Shown: in pieces, positions 45,549-55,091 of the stretch
Numbering within the stretch: position 1 is the first letter of the stretch
Layout of the letters: each line of letters begins with the position of its first letter
IMG/VR virus record: IMGVR_UViG_3300035703_000005
Coordinates: 1 to 64,000 of that record
DNA length: 64,000 bases
Strand: one strand, 5' to 3'
Program-made: the position numbers and the translations under genes
Notes under the pieces: generated by a model
Databases searched by the model: none
What the model was told of the DNA's origin: nothing
Seen by the model: the letters and a program-made list of their open reading frames with translations, nothing else

Positions 45549-45567
45549 GGATCTGCCTCCGAGAGAT

Positions 45568-45744
45568 TTACTTCTTTTTTATATCAAATGAAAATTCAAA
45601 ATAGATGTTTATCTCTCGTCTGAGGAGAGTAACCATCTTACCAAAACTAAATTTAAATGTTTTTGGTTCTTCAGGTTTTCTTCTCCTTTTTCTTAACAAT
45701 AACTCCACACCTCTATTTATGTGTAACTCACGAGGTTTGGACAT
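45568..45744 (-). CDS. Basic hypothetical protein
   Basis: ORF track 45568..45792; probable start MSKPRE. Confidence 0.6.
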   Translation of the reverse strand: MSKPRELHINRGVELLLRKRRRKPEEPKTFKFSFGKMVTLLRREINIYFEFSFDIKKK

Positions 45745-45746
45745 AA

Positions 45747-45983
45747 TTAAATCAATGCAAATTCTTTTAAGTACTGAATTGTATCGGTACATCCACCGAG
45801 ATGTTTATCATCCATCAAAACTTGAGGGAAAGTAGATCCTTCACCAAATTCGGAATAAAATTCTTCTCTAGTAAAGTCTTTATCTAGAGTATAAACAACA
45901 AAATCTTTACCGCAAAGTTCTAAAACTTTTTTAATTTTGAAACAATATGGGCACTCTTCTTTAGAGTATACTGTAAATTTCAT
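45747..45983 (-). CDS. nrdC: Glutaredoxin
   Basis: CPYC active site, TFPQV, GGCTD. Confidence 0.95.
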   Translation of the reverse strand: MKFTVYSKEECPYCFKIKKVLELCGKDFVVYTLDKDFTREEFYSEFGEGSTFPQVLMDDKHLGGCTDTIQYLKEFALI

Positions 45984-46025
45984 TTAATTTTGTAATAATT
46001 TGTAGTATTTAGAATCTCATTTTGT

Positions 46026-46054
46026 ATCATATATGTTTTTTTTAAATATGTCAA
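46026..46054 (-). promoter_or_regulatory. Sigma70-type promoter upstream of nrdC
   Basis: TTGACA 46054-46049, 17-nt spacer, TATGAT 46031-46026. Confidence 0.7.
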
Positions 46055-46055
46055 C

Positions 46056-46253
46056 TCATTGATCTACACTATTCCAAGACCTCACAAGAAGTTCTGTAAA
46101 AATTTCCATCTTTTCTGGATGAACTGATGCTGGATTATCGTTGATAGCTTGTTTAAGAGCGACAAGTTCATTCCATTCGGAATCTGTCAATGAATTTGTT
46201 TTTTGTTGTGAGTAAGTCATTGTTCTCCCTGTATTGTGTTCAAATTCTAACAC
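46056..46253 (-). CDS. Hypothetical protein
   Basis: ORF track. Confidence 0.6.
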   Translation of the reverse strand: MLEFEHNTGRTMTYSQQKTNSLTDSEWNELVALKQAINDNPASVHPEKMEIFTELLVRSWNSVDQ

Positions 46254-46331
46254 AATCTACACTAATATCTATGATACTTTATAATGTTTTTAGATTTGAT
46301 TTACAAAACTTAAATATTACTAAAAACTTTA

Positions 46332-46973
46332 TTAGACTTGTTTAATTCTAAGTTTAAATCTAGAATGAGTGATTGGATTTAATGTATGATTTTTGGTGTA
46401 AGCAAATTGATGTCCAAAAATCCTATGTTTTGACATACCAAAAATTTTTGACCATATTTTACTACGTTTTTCAGATCCAATAACTACCTTTGTAATATCT
46501 AAATTGTTATAGTAATAATTTCCAAATTCGGGATCACAGGGAAAACACGAAATTAATTTACCATCTTCCCAGTTATTCAAAAAATATTTCATGTAAATAT
46601 GATAATATTTCATAAAAAAATAAATTGGTCTTGTAGAATACAAAAACCAATCTAAGGTATAAATCATATCATCGTTTTTTGTCAGTTCTTGAAACCAATT
46701 CAGTTCCTGATGAATATAATCTAATTCAATATAATAATCTGGAAGCGGGGTTAAAGTTGCAAATAAAGTATGAATTTCATCAAGTGCAAACTCATATGGA
46801 GTTCTACGCATGACTCGCAGAACTGTATTATCAAATTTATAATCAATCCATCTACGAGAATAATTTAATTCATCCTCATTAAAATACTCTTGAACAAGAT
46901 TCTCAATGTCTTTACCATTAATATCATATGGTGGACAATGTTTTCTATTTTTAAATCTACGATACCAACTCAT
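46332..46973 (-). CDS. Hypothetical protein (213 aa, Tyr/Phe-rich)
   Basis: ORF track. Confidence 0.65.
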   Translation of the reverse strand: MSWYRRFKNRKHCPPYDINGKDIENLVQEYFNEDELNYSRRWIDYKFDNTVLRVMRRTPYEFALDEIHTLFATLTPLPDYYIELDYIHQELNWFQELTKNDDMIYTLDWFLYSTRPIYFFMKYYHIYMKYFLNNWEDGKLISCFPCDPEFGNYYYNNLDITKVVIGSEKRSKIWSKIFGMSKHRIFGHQFAYTKNHTLNPITHSRFKLRIKQV

Positions 46974-47365
46974 TTTTTTTGAGAAAAATTTTCAAGAGCA
47001 TCCAAGTCATCTTTCAGTTCTTTTTCTCTTTTTTGATCATGATAATAAGACCACAGAGCATTGTGAACGTCCATCAGATGATCAACCCAGAAACCTGCAG
47101 GATAGATTCCCAGTGCATCTTGAAGACCACGATGACTAGTTCCTTCACTTTCTGCCTTACACATGATATGACAGATTGCCTGAACCATGTCTAGTTTGTC
47201 TTCTTCAGAAAGCATGAAGTACTTTCCTATGGCTCGTTGTTTTGCCTCTTCATTTTTCTTCTGAAGTTCTTTGCAAGCATCAGAATTCCACCATTTTTGT
47301 AGGGCTTTACCAAGATCATTTGGTTTTTGCAATTCTTCTGAATTTACTACTGGTTCTTTATCCAT
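46970..47365 (-). CDS. Hypothetical protein
   Basis: ORF track 46970..47410; probable start MDKEPV. Confidence 0.65.
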   Translation of the reverse strand: MDKEPVVNSEELQKPNDLGKALQKWWNSDACKELQKKNEEAKQRAIGKYFMLSEEDKLDMVQAICHIMCKAESEGTSHRGLQDALGIYPAGFWVDHLMDVHNALWSYYHDQKREKELKDDLDALENFSQKK

Positions 47366-47834
47366 AATGATACTGTCTCCATTCTTCAACGTTAGTTCTT
47401 TCAAGATCAAAGATCATTTTGTTTACGGGTGCTTGTGGTTTTTTCATGAGTTTCATTCCAGTATGTTCCAAAAGCATATTACCTTTTTTAGTATTGCAGG
47501 AACTACATGCAACCACAAGGTTTTCCCATGAGTCATCTCCACCTCTTGAACGAGGAAGAACGTGATCTATGGTTAGTTTAGATCTTGCACCACAATATTG
47601 GCAAGTATGATTATCCCTCTTATAAATCATAGAACGAGAAGGAGAAATATTCATAATCTTAGATAAAGGCAATTTTACATAATCTAAAAGTCGAATAACT
47701 CTACTTGAAAGAACTTGAGCTTTTTCTTTAAGGAGGAGAACTATGGCTCTTTTCCAGTTTGTAAAATTTATTGGTTCGTAACTAGAGTTTAAAACCAATA
47801 TTGTTTTGTATGGTTCTATTGGTAACTCATTCAT
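47358..47834 (-). CDS. HNH endonuclease, McrA-like
   Basis: RDNHTCQYCG...LTIDHVLPRSRGG...WENLVVACSSCNTKK. Confidence 0.92.
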   Translation of the reverse strand: MNELPIEPYKTILVLNSSYEPINFTNWKRAIVLLLKEKAQVLSSRVIRLLDYVKLPLSKIMNISPSRSMIYKRDNHTCQYCGARSKLTIDHVLPRSRGGDDSWENLVVACSSCNTKKGNMLLEHTGMKLMKKPQAPVNKMIFDLERTNVEEWRQYHYG

Positions 47835-47863
47835 GGTCTTTTTTATGAGCTTTCACTATCTAG

Positions 47864-48097
47864 TCAAGAACCGAATGGTCCCCAACGGCCTCTTTTACCA
47901 TCTTCATCACCTTTCATTCTTTCTTCAAGTTTATCAATGAGTTGATCTGCAGCAATAAGATTATCAATTTCCATAATCATTTCCGCAATATGTTTCCCGA
48001 CAAAGGGTTTCTCTTGACGAGCAGCATAAGCCAATGCATTACGCAAAGATTGTTCTGCTTCTCGCAAACTAGTTTCTACAGATTCTGATAATGCCAT
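47864..48097 (-). CDS. Conserved hypothetical protein
   Basis: ORF track. Confidence 0.7.
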   Translation of the reverse strand: MALSESVETSLREAEQSLRNALAYAARQEKPFVGKHIAEMIMEIDNLIAADQLIDKLEERMKGDEDGKRGRWGPFGS

Positions 48098-48297
48098 TAA
48101 AATTCACTCCTACGTCTTGGTGGTTGGGGATTATCTTTCCATTTACAATATTCAGGAAGTTTCGACTTTTGTTCTTCAAAATATTGACAAAGTTGTGCAA
48201 CATCTGGAGGGTACTTAGGTCTATTAAGTTGATGAGTTATTGAATTAAACTGACATGTAAGATTAAATCCACATATAAGAAGATCAATCATCAACAC
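48097..48297 (-). CDS. Hypothetical Cys-containing protein
   Basis: ORF track. Confidence 0.6.
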   Translation of the reverse strand: MLMIDLLICGFNLTCQFNSITHQLNRPKYPPDVAQLCQYFEEQKSKLPEYCKWKDNPQPPRRRSEF

Positions 48298-48953
48298 TCA
48301 TCCATTTTAATTGGTTTTGTAACTTTACGAATCATCCAAGTTCCGTCACCATTATCTACCCAATATACTTGATCACCTTCTTTAAGGTCTGCTGCTTCTA
48401 AGAGATCATCTGGGAAAACTACATAGTATTCTCCACTTAGACCATCCATCTCAACTGGAAGATGCCATTTAACTACTTTATCAATATCTCTCTGAGTTGC
48501 ACTTGGAGTTACATTGCTGTAATACTCCTCAGGATAATAGTTCTCTTCCCAGAAAGAAGTCCAAGCACCTTTACATTCTGGAGAAGGATCGTCTTTATCG
48601 CAAGTCAAAGGTTTTTTGTTGTTTGCAATGACATACTCCAGATCACTATGACCCCAAGGACGCATATAGTCATCCTTTCCTTCGTAATATTCTCTTTCTG
48701 CAAGTGATGTTTTAAGAAGTTCTTTTTGTGCAACCACAGTTTCTTTCCAAACTTTTTTAAACTTGTCATCAAATTCTTCTAAGTAATATCCAAGAAACTC
48801 ATGTGCAGCCATTGCAAGAGTTTCTGCTTTATTATACTCACTTTTCTGAATCGCATCTGCAACAGAATCAATAATCTCACGAGCAGAAACAATCTTGGAT
48901 GTTACCATCTCAAGATCATTCATCACTTCCCACGTTTTAGAGCTCATTTGCAA
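48291..48953 (-). CDS. Hypothetical protein with C-terminal AbrB/MazE/SpoVT-like domain
   Basis: YYVVFPDDLLEAADLKEGDQVYWVDNGDGTWMIRK. Confidence 0.6.
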   Translation of the reverse strand: MQMSSKTWEVMNDLEMVTSKIVSAREIIDSVADAIQKSEYNKAETLAMAAHEFLGYYLEEFDDKFKKVWKETVVAQKELLKTSLAEREYYEGKDDYMRPWGHSDLEYVIANNKKPLTCDKDDPSPECKGAWTSFWEENYYPEEYYSNVTPSATQRDIDKVVKWHLPVEMDGLSGEYYVVFPDDLLEAADLKEGDQVYWVDNGDGTWMIRKVTKPIKMDEC

Positions 48954-49131
48954 ATTCCCCTAATGAATCTTGTTTACTTACCCATTCTTCTACTATAGAC
49001 TTAATTTGTGTATCTGTCAACCCATTCATCCAAGACCATCTTTCGTCTTTCGGATCCCACTCAAAAGCAAAAGAACCATCAGGATTTTGGATAATATTGA
49101 GACCAGAAGAATGAATATTATTATTAGTCAT
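48937..49131 (-). CDS. Hypothetical protein
   Basis: ORF track. Confidence 0.6.
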   Translation of the reverse strand: MTNNNIHSSGLNIIQNPDGSFAFEWDPKDERWSWMNGLTDTQIKSIVEEWVSKQDSLGEFANEL

Positions 49132-49215
49132 AATTTTTGGTAATATAAGTAATTTATAATTATAAGAAACAGTTAAATAGGCTATATTATAGATAACTTG
49201 AAAATAAAAGTCAAG

Positions 49216-50058
49216 ATGAACCCCGAAATATTAGATCTTCACATTACTCATAATTGCAATTTAACTTGCGAAAGTTGTTCAGATTTTACTAATAATAGTC
49301 TTTCTAAAATGTTATCATTAGAAGAGGCTAAAAATTGGATGTCTCTGTGGAATCAAAGGATAACTCCAAAAAATTTTCTTATTCTGGGAGGAGAACCTAC
49401 TCTCCACAAAGATTTGGAAAAATTTCTTTACTTGTCTAGAAAAATGTGGCCAAAAAGTAATTTAATATTAATTACTAACGGATTTTTCTTACATCTACAT
49501 GAAAATTTATGGAAAACTTTAAAAAATACTAATACAATATTATCAATTTCTTTGCATGATAATTCAAAAGAATATATGCAAAAAATAACTCAAAATTTAA
49601 TATTAGCAGAAAAATGGAATAAAGATCACGAAATAATAGTAACATGTAATAAAGAGTATGAAAAATGGAGTACTATCTATAAAGGGTATGGAGCAAACAT
49701 TTTACCCTTTGAAGACAATGATCCACAATCAAGTTGGAACAGTTGTTATATGGATGGCAAATGTTTCCAACTTCATGAGGGAAAAATTTGGAAATGTCCA
49801 CCCATTGCATATTTGCCTTTACAAAAAGAAAAATACAAAGATTTACTATCACCAAAGTGGGATCCATACTTAAAATATAAACCACTAGAATCGACTTGTA
49901 GTGACGAAGAAATAATAGAATTTTTTAATAGAAAGTGCGAATCGGTGTGCGGAATGTGTCCAGCAAATCCAATGATAAAAAATAAAGTTACAAAAAGCCC
50001 ACTAATGTCTGTTAGTGAAACTGAAAAATATTTTTCCACTCTAGAAAAACATATTTAA
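49216..50058 (+). CDS. Radical SAM protein, paralog 1
   Basis: CNLTCESC, GGEP, ITNG; C-terminal Cys cluster; ORF track starts at 49198. Confidence 0.88.
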   Translation: MNPEILDLHITHNCNLTCESCSDFTNNSLSKMLSLEEAKNWMSLWNQRITPKNFLILGGEPTLHKDLEKFLYLSRKMWPKSNLILITNGFFLHLHENLWKTLKNTNTILSISLHDNSKEYMQKITQNLILAEKWNKDHEIIVTCNKEYEKWSTIYKGYGANILPFEDNDPQSSWNSCYMDGKCFQLHEGKIWKCPPIAYLPLQKEKYKDLLSPKWDPYLKYKPLESTCSDEEIIEFFNRKCESVCGMCPANPMIKNKVTKSPLMSVSETEKYFSTLEKHI

Positions 50059-51217
50059 ACTCTGGTATGTTTTGAAGAAGATTTTCATTGCGTTCTATAT
50101 CAATTGCTTTATTTTTTCTCAAAAATCTTTTTACATTTTGTTCATTCATATCCAAATCTAAAATGTTTAAGATTGGTTTGAATTGATTTGATATGTCCGT
50201 TTTGTATTGTAAGTTATACTTATCGATAAAGGAAATTAATTTCTCTTTCGTTTTACCTTTAAATTCTGTTGGTAAAATATCAATTCCATATATACCAAAT
50301 TCAGTTGCACCATCTATCAAACTCAATTCAAAATTACAATAATTAAATTTCTCACTAATATATTCTATATCAGTAAGATATTGAATAATTTCAGGTAATC
50401 TAAAAACATTTAAACAAGATACAGTAATATTTGTAGATCTATTAAATTTTTGATTTGCAAGAATTTTTAAATTTTTATCTACTATTTTCCAGTTAGTACC
50501 TTTTCTAATATACTCTGCTCTATTTTCTATTTCATCTATGCTAACAAAAACTGTTAATTTGTTAGGATTCCATTGATTCCAATAATCTAATACGTTTTTA
50601 TTCTTATAAGATAAAATTGAAATATTTGTATTGTACCAAAGTTCTATATTAGTTTTTTTCTTTTCTATTAATTTTTGAAGTAATTCATATTGTTCATCCA
50701 TAAGGAGAGTTTCGCCACCAGCAAACTCTATTAACTCCAAACAGTCAATATTATCTTCTATAAATTTATCAATATCCAAATTTTCAGCATGTTCTAATAT
50801 TTTTCCAGTAAAAGAACTACTCAATCTTTCCGAACACATCCTGCATTTAAAATTACACTTATTGCTAATTTTAAAATCCCATCCTTTAAATTTTATTGTT
50901 TTTAAAGATCCATCTTTATTGGTATTTTTTAATATAGTAGGAAATGAGTCTTTAAAAAAATTATTATATTTCTCTCTTAAACTAATTCCATCCAACTTTT
51001 CAACATTTTTACAAGAAAGACACGAATCAGGTAGATCATCTTTCAATAAAGATAATCTAAAATTATTCATTTTTTCTCCATTCCAAATTTCATGCAGAGA
51101 ATTATTTTTTACATTACCTAATGACAAATCGTTAGCACAACATGGAGTAACTATTCCATCTGGAAAAATTTCTAAGTATATCCAGGGAACTATGCACTTA
51201 GGATAAGTATTTTTCAT
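50012..51217 (-). CDS. Radical SAM protein with N-terminal SPASM/twitch domain
   Basis: CIVPW...PCC..LGNV....L.EIWNG...C.SC followed by CNFKCRMC and GGET. Confidence 0.88.
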   Translation of the reverse strand: MKNTYPKCIVPWIYLEIFPDGIVTPCCANDLSLGNVKNNSLHEIWNGEKMNNFRLSLLKDDLPDSCLSCKNVEKLDGISLREKYNNFFKDSFPTILKNTNKDGSLKTIKFKGWDFKISNKCNFKCRMCSERLSSSFTGKILEHAENLDIDKFIEDNIDCLELIEFAGGETLLMDEQYELLQKLIEKKKTNIELWYNTNISILSYKNKNVLDYWNQWNPNKLTVFVSIDEIENRAEYIRKGTNWKIVDKNLKILANQKFNRSTNITVSCLNVFRLPEIIQYLTDIEYISEKFNYCNFELSLIDGATEFGIYGIDILPTEFKGKTKEKLISFIDKYNLQYKTDISNQFKPILNILDLDMNEQNVKRFLRKNKAIDIERNENLLQNIPEFKYVFLEWKNIFQFH

Positions 51218-51219
51218 AA

Positions 51220-52182
51220 TTATCCTCTTTCAAGATCCAAAGTAACGCAATGAAAACAACCACTCAATGTTCTTGTTTGTCTCATTGGAAGCATAATGCA
51301 TTCGATGTCATATTTTTCTAATTCTTTTCGTGTAGGTTCCTGATGTTTTTCGAGAGCAACTAAATTGGGATTAATACTAAAAAGATTCATATTACACCAA
51401 GGCGAACAGTTATTGTATCCAGGGTAATACCCAACATCAACTGGTTCTGGGCACCAGATTATATCCCATGTTTTAAATGGACCTGGTAAATCTTCTTTAC
51501 TTTTAATTCTTGAAGGGTTTGCAAGTAATAATCCTTCTCTTAGAAATGCTACCGTAGTGTCAATGTGCATATAACTATAAACACCTTGAAGTAAATGTAC
51601 TTTTATTTCAGGTCCTACTAAAGATTGAAGCAACTCTGCACCCTTTATATTACCACTATTTGATACCAAATATAATAAGTCATCGTTGGCTCTGATAATA
51701 TTAGCTGCATCAAATGAAGGTGAATGTTCAGTTAAGGCTAGAATTTCCTTATTTCCTAAACAATCCTCATTATATAATTCATCATCATAACTACAAGAAA
51801 GTGGAATCAAATTTTCGAAGTGATGTGCAATAGATCCAAAATTATATTTCCTGGATTTTAAAGGCATTGGAGCAGCAAAAGTTTTTCCCCCATGAACAAA
51901 TACGCAATCTCTTGGGCAAAAATTATAGTAGGGTGTTGCCTCTCGATGAGGTCTCAATACTTCCACACCTTCTTGTTCTAACACTTTAACAAAAATTTCT
52001 AAATCTTCGTTAGCTTCATCAATAACCTGTTTTGGATATAATCCGGATTTCACATCCGAAACATCTTTCCTATCAGCGTAATTAATAAATCTGAGAGAAT
52101 TATCTATTTCAGGAACTCTAGCATAATCAGCAATACCAACTATAACTTTTTTTAATTTATCCCATTCATTAGTACTGTTCAT
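51220..52182 (-). CDS. Amidinotransferase (glycine / inosamine-phosphate amidinotransferase family)
   Basis: NSTNEWDKLKKVIVG, CPRD, FDAAN, MHIDT and SGCFHCVT carrying the Cys-His-Asp triad residues. Confidence 0.88.
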   Translation of the reverse strand: MNSTNEWDKLKKVIVGIADYARVPEIDNSLRFINYADRKDVSDVKSGLYPKQVIDEANEDLEIFVKVLEQEGVEVLRPHREATPYYNFCPRDCVFVHGGKTFAAPMPLKSRKYNFGSIAHHFENLIPLSCSYDDELYNEDCLGNKEILALTEHSPSFDAANIIRANDDLLYLVSNSGNIKGAELLQSLVGPEIKVHLLQGVYSYMHIDTTVAFLREGLLLANPSRIKSKEDLPGPFKTWDIIWCPEPVDVGYYPGYNNCSPWCNMNLFSINPNLVALEKHQEPTRKELEKYDIECIMLPMRQTRTLSGCFHCVTLDLERG

Positions 52183-53066
52183 TTTAAATTATCAATAATT
52201 TTTTTTACGCCTTGTTTAAAGTTAATTGGAGAATAATTTGGATAATAATTTAAAAGTTTTGTTAAATCAGGAACTCTTCTTTTAGCACTACCACGTCTAC
52301 CTTCAATTAACTGATAATTTGGATAATCATGCCCCAATAAAGTTCCAATTATTTTAGAAACTTCTAAAGAACTCAGTTCTTCATTACTTCCGATATTTAT
52401 TGTTTCATGAATTGCACATTTTTCTACACAAATAATTGTCGATTCAATAGCATCTTCGATATAAGTATAACATCTTGTTTCATTTGGACCAATAACTTTA
52501 TAAATTCCAAGTTTATGATTATCAATTTGATCATAGACTATATGGCCACTTTTTGTTTCTGGTCCATAAACATTGAAATACCTAATAATTACCCAAGGCA
52601 AATCACTGTTATGCAAATAATTTTCTCCTACCATTTTAGAAATTTTATAACTCCAACGAGGATTTGAAAGATCATCAACTTCAACAGAGTTATTTTCATA
52701 ACAAATTTCGGAATGAGACATTATTTCACTACTACTAGCATAAACAATTTTTTTTAAATTTGTACACTTTTTTGCAAACTCAAATATATTGAGATCTACT
52801 CTTGTATTATTTGAAATAACTTCATTTGGTCTTTCATAAAAATTAGTTGTTCCATTAATGGCTGCAAGATGATAAATTACATCAACATTATCAGGTAAAA
52901 TTGCAGTAGATTTAGAAAGATCTGTTTTTAAAAAAATGTGAGATTTAGGAATAGTATTTGATCTAGACATATTATCTACGGCAATTACATAATGACCTTT
53001 ATCATTAAGTTGTTTACATAATTCTGATCCAATAAGACCGGCAGCTCCCGTCACCAAGATATTCAT
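52179..53066 (-). CDS. NAD-dependent epimerase/dehydratase (extended SDR)
   Basis: GAAGLIG, YASSS, YKISK (YxxxK), RYFNVYGP. Confidence 0.93.
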   Translation of the reverse strand: MNILVTGAAGLIGSELCKQLNDKGHYVIAVDNMSRSNTIPKSHIFLKTDLSKSTAILPDNVDVIYHLAAINGTTNFYERPNEVISNNTRVDLNIFEFAKKCTNLKKIVYASSSEIMSHSEICYENNSVEVDDLSNPRWSYKISKMVGENYLHNSDLPWVIIRYFNVYGPETKSGHIVYDQIDNHKLGIYKVIGPNETRCYTYIEDAIESTIICVEKCAIHETINIGSNEELSSLEVSKIIGTLLGHDYPNYQLIEGRRGSAKRRVPDLTKLLNYYPNYSPINFKQGVKKIIDNLK

Positions 53067-53803
53067 TTATCTTCTCTAACTGTAATTTTTAATTTGGAGT
53101 TATCATTTTTTATTGCTTTAAATAATTCAACATCTCCAAAAATATCAATCATAAAATCAATATCCTTTGGCAAACACTTTCCACCATATCCTCTTAGGTT
53201 ATCATTTACTTCAAGATACGATTGGCCATTTTTGGACTTATTGAATGCGTTTAATAAATTATTATAATTTACGTCATATTTTTTACACATATTATAGTAA
53301 TGATTTGCAAAAACAACTTTCATTGCATGATAATTATTTCGCATCATCTTTAAAAGTTCCAACTCGACAAATTCAAGTTTTCTGAGTTTATAATTAAATC
53401 TATCAAAATTAACCAACAAACTATTATCACAGTTTGTCGCATAAAACATTCTCTTACAATTGAGGGAATCTTCCAGAGAATATCTTTCCCTCAAAAATTC
53501 TGGAAGATATGTCAATGGATTTTTAATTTTTTCCTGCAAATTATTGAAAAATCCCGGAATTACTGTACTTCTAACCACAATTTCAATTGTAGGATTTAAT
53601 GAAGAAATATTTAAACAAAGAGACTCCAATTCTTCAATATTTTGTTGAGTATTAGTTGGAATGCAAACAAAAACTAAATCACAATTAGAAATATCTTCTA
53701 AACTAGTATCTAAAAAAATATCGTGTATAATTATACTTTCATCGGGAAAAAGAGCTTTTTTTGTTGCCTTTCCAACTATTCCATATCCAACAATTCCGAT
53801 CAT
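53063..53803 (-). CDS. UDP-glucose/GDP-mannose dehydrogenase family protein, short form
   Basis: GYGIVG, FVCIPT, RSTVIPG, PEFLRE, GYGGKCLPKD. Confidence 0.9.
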   Translation of the reverse strand: MIGIVGYGIVGKATKKALFPDESIIIHDIFLDTSLEDISNCDLVFVCIPTNTQQNIEELESLCLNISSLNPTIEIVVRSTVIPGFFNNLQEKIKNPLTYLPEFLRERYSLEDSLNCKRMFYATNCDNSLLVNFDRFNYKLRKLEFVELELLKMMRNNYHAMKVVFANHYYNMCKKYDVNYNNLLNAFNKSKNGQSYLEVNDNLRGYGGKCLPKDIDFMIDIFGDVELFKAIKNDNSKLKITVREDK

Positions 53804-54306
53804 TTTAAAACTCCTGTTATTTGAATTGCATATCTATCTTCTAGACTAAGATTATAAAAAGCATGTGTTTTCAAATAATCCCACCCAAAACAATCTCCAG
53901 GATTCCAATTTGTAAAAAAATTATCCTCAATTTGAAGTATTTGGCCAGATATACCCTCTTCTAACATTACAACATATCTAACTATTTTGTCAATAGGTAC
54001 ATTATAAATTTTAATGTATTTTTCAAAAATATCTATATGCAAAGGCAGATATTGTCCAGGTTTAAAGTAATTGATAGCTACTGCAACATTATTCAAAAAA
54101 TTAAATTGTGGAATAATGTATTCAAATACACAATCTGGCATAAAACTAGGTTGATGACAATTATAAAGAGTCATATGATTTTCACTATGACCAGAATCTA
54201 TATATTGATTCATTAATTTTTGGTCTTTGTGTGTAGTAAGAAAATAATCGAGGTGGTGAAAATCAGATATTTCCCACTTTGGTGTTATATTAAACTTTTT
54301 GATCAT
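53800..54306 (-). CDS. Cupin / 2OG-Fe(II)-like hypothetical protein
   Basis: PGQYLPLHID, W.PGDCF.W....HAFYN, RYAIQITG. Confidence 0.6.
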   Translation of the reverse strand: MIKKFNITPKWEISDFHHLDYFLTTHKDQKLMNQYIDSGHSENHMTLYNCHQPSFMPDCVFEYIIPQFNFLNNVAVAINYFKPGQYLPLHIDIFEKYIKIYNVPIDKIVRYVVMLEEGISGQILQIEDNFFTNWNPGDCFGWDYLKTHAFYNLSLEDRYAIQITGVLK

Positions 54307-55091
54307 TTTCTTAATAATGGGGAATTTTTCTTTAAGGATTTTTTATTAGAAGGGCACATAGAACAAAATTTTTCTGCACCTTTATCAAAAAAATCTTCCA
54401 ATTCTTTGTCTGTACAATTTGGGGACAATGGGACATATTCCAAATAAGGATCCCATTTTTCGGATATATCATACTTTTCTTTCATCATAGGAAGAAATGC
54501 TAGTGGAGCACATTTCCATATTTTTCCTTGATGTAATTGAAAACATATTTGACCTGTTGGACAATTTTCCCAACTTTGTTTAGGATTATTATCTTCAAAA
54601 GGCATTATATCTTTACCATATCCCAAGTAAACTTGATTCCAATCTTTTATAGAATTATAAATTTTAATCTTAACTCCTTTGGATTTCCAGTCATTTATTG
54701 TTAATATTTTTTTACGTATTAATTGCAAATATGTCGGGTCATTACTATGAATAGAAATTGACAATGTAATATCATTTTTAATAATATCTTCAAATATTTC
54801 CGAATGCAAATGAATTAGAGTAAGATTGGTCACAATTTCTATATTAGAATTTGGCCACATTTTCCTAGTCAAATAACAATACTCTTTCAAATTTTTATGC
54901 AAAAATGGTTCACCACCCAATATTCCAATATTATCTGGAATTAATCTTTCATTCCAATAAGACATCCACAATTCACACTCGTTTAAACTAACATGAGTAT
55001 CAAATCCATGATTCATAAAATGCGAACAACTATCACAAGTAAAGTTACATTTATGTGTAATGTGAATATCTAAATTTGGAATTCTTTTCAT
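54303..55091 (-). CDS. Radical SAM protein, paralog 2
   Basis: CNFTCDSC, GGEP; collinear with 49216..50058; ATGA coupling at 55088-55091. Confidence 0.88.
   Translation of the reverse strand: MKRIPNLDIHITHKCNFTCDSCSHFMNHGFDTHVSLNECELWMSYWNERLIPDNIGILGGEPFLHKNLKEYCYLTRKMWPNSNIEIVTNLTLIHLHSEIFEDIIKNDITLSISIHSNDPTYLQLIRKKILTINDWKSKGVKIKIYNSIKDWNQVYLGYGKDIMPFEDNNPKQSWENCPTGQICFQLHQGKIWKCAPLAFLPMMKEKYDISEKWDPYLEYVPLSPNCTDKELEDFFDKGAEKFCSMCPSNKKSLKKNSPLLRK

Noticed and set aside
47358-47834. Intron-encoded homing endonuclease
   Set aside because: Free-standing McrA-like HNH between intact small ORFs, with no interrupted gene or group I intron structure seen.
51220-52182. Archaeosine / 7-deazaguanine DNA modification pathway
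   Set aside because: The enzyme has glycine/inosamine amidinotransferase motifs rather than ArcS, QueF-like or Gat-QueC ones, and folE, queC, queD, queE-context and dpdA genes are not seen in the window.
51220-52182. Captured cyanotoxin gene (sxtG or cyrA-like)
   Set aside because: No PKS/NRPS or other toxin genes nearby; neighbours are NDP-sugar enzymes. Only a phylogeny could revive this idea.
49216-55091. RiPP cluster built around the radical SAM/SPASM enzymes
   Set aside because: No small precursor peptide, RRE/PqqD domain, peptidase or exporter is visible in the cluster.
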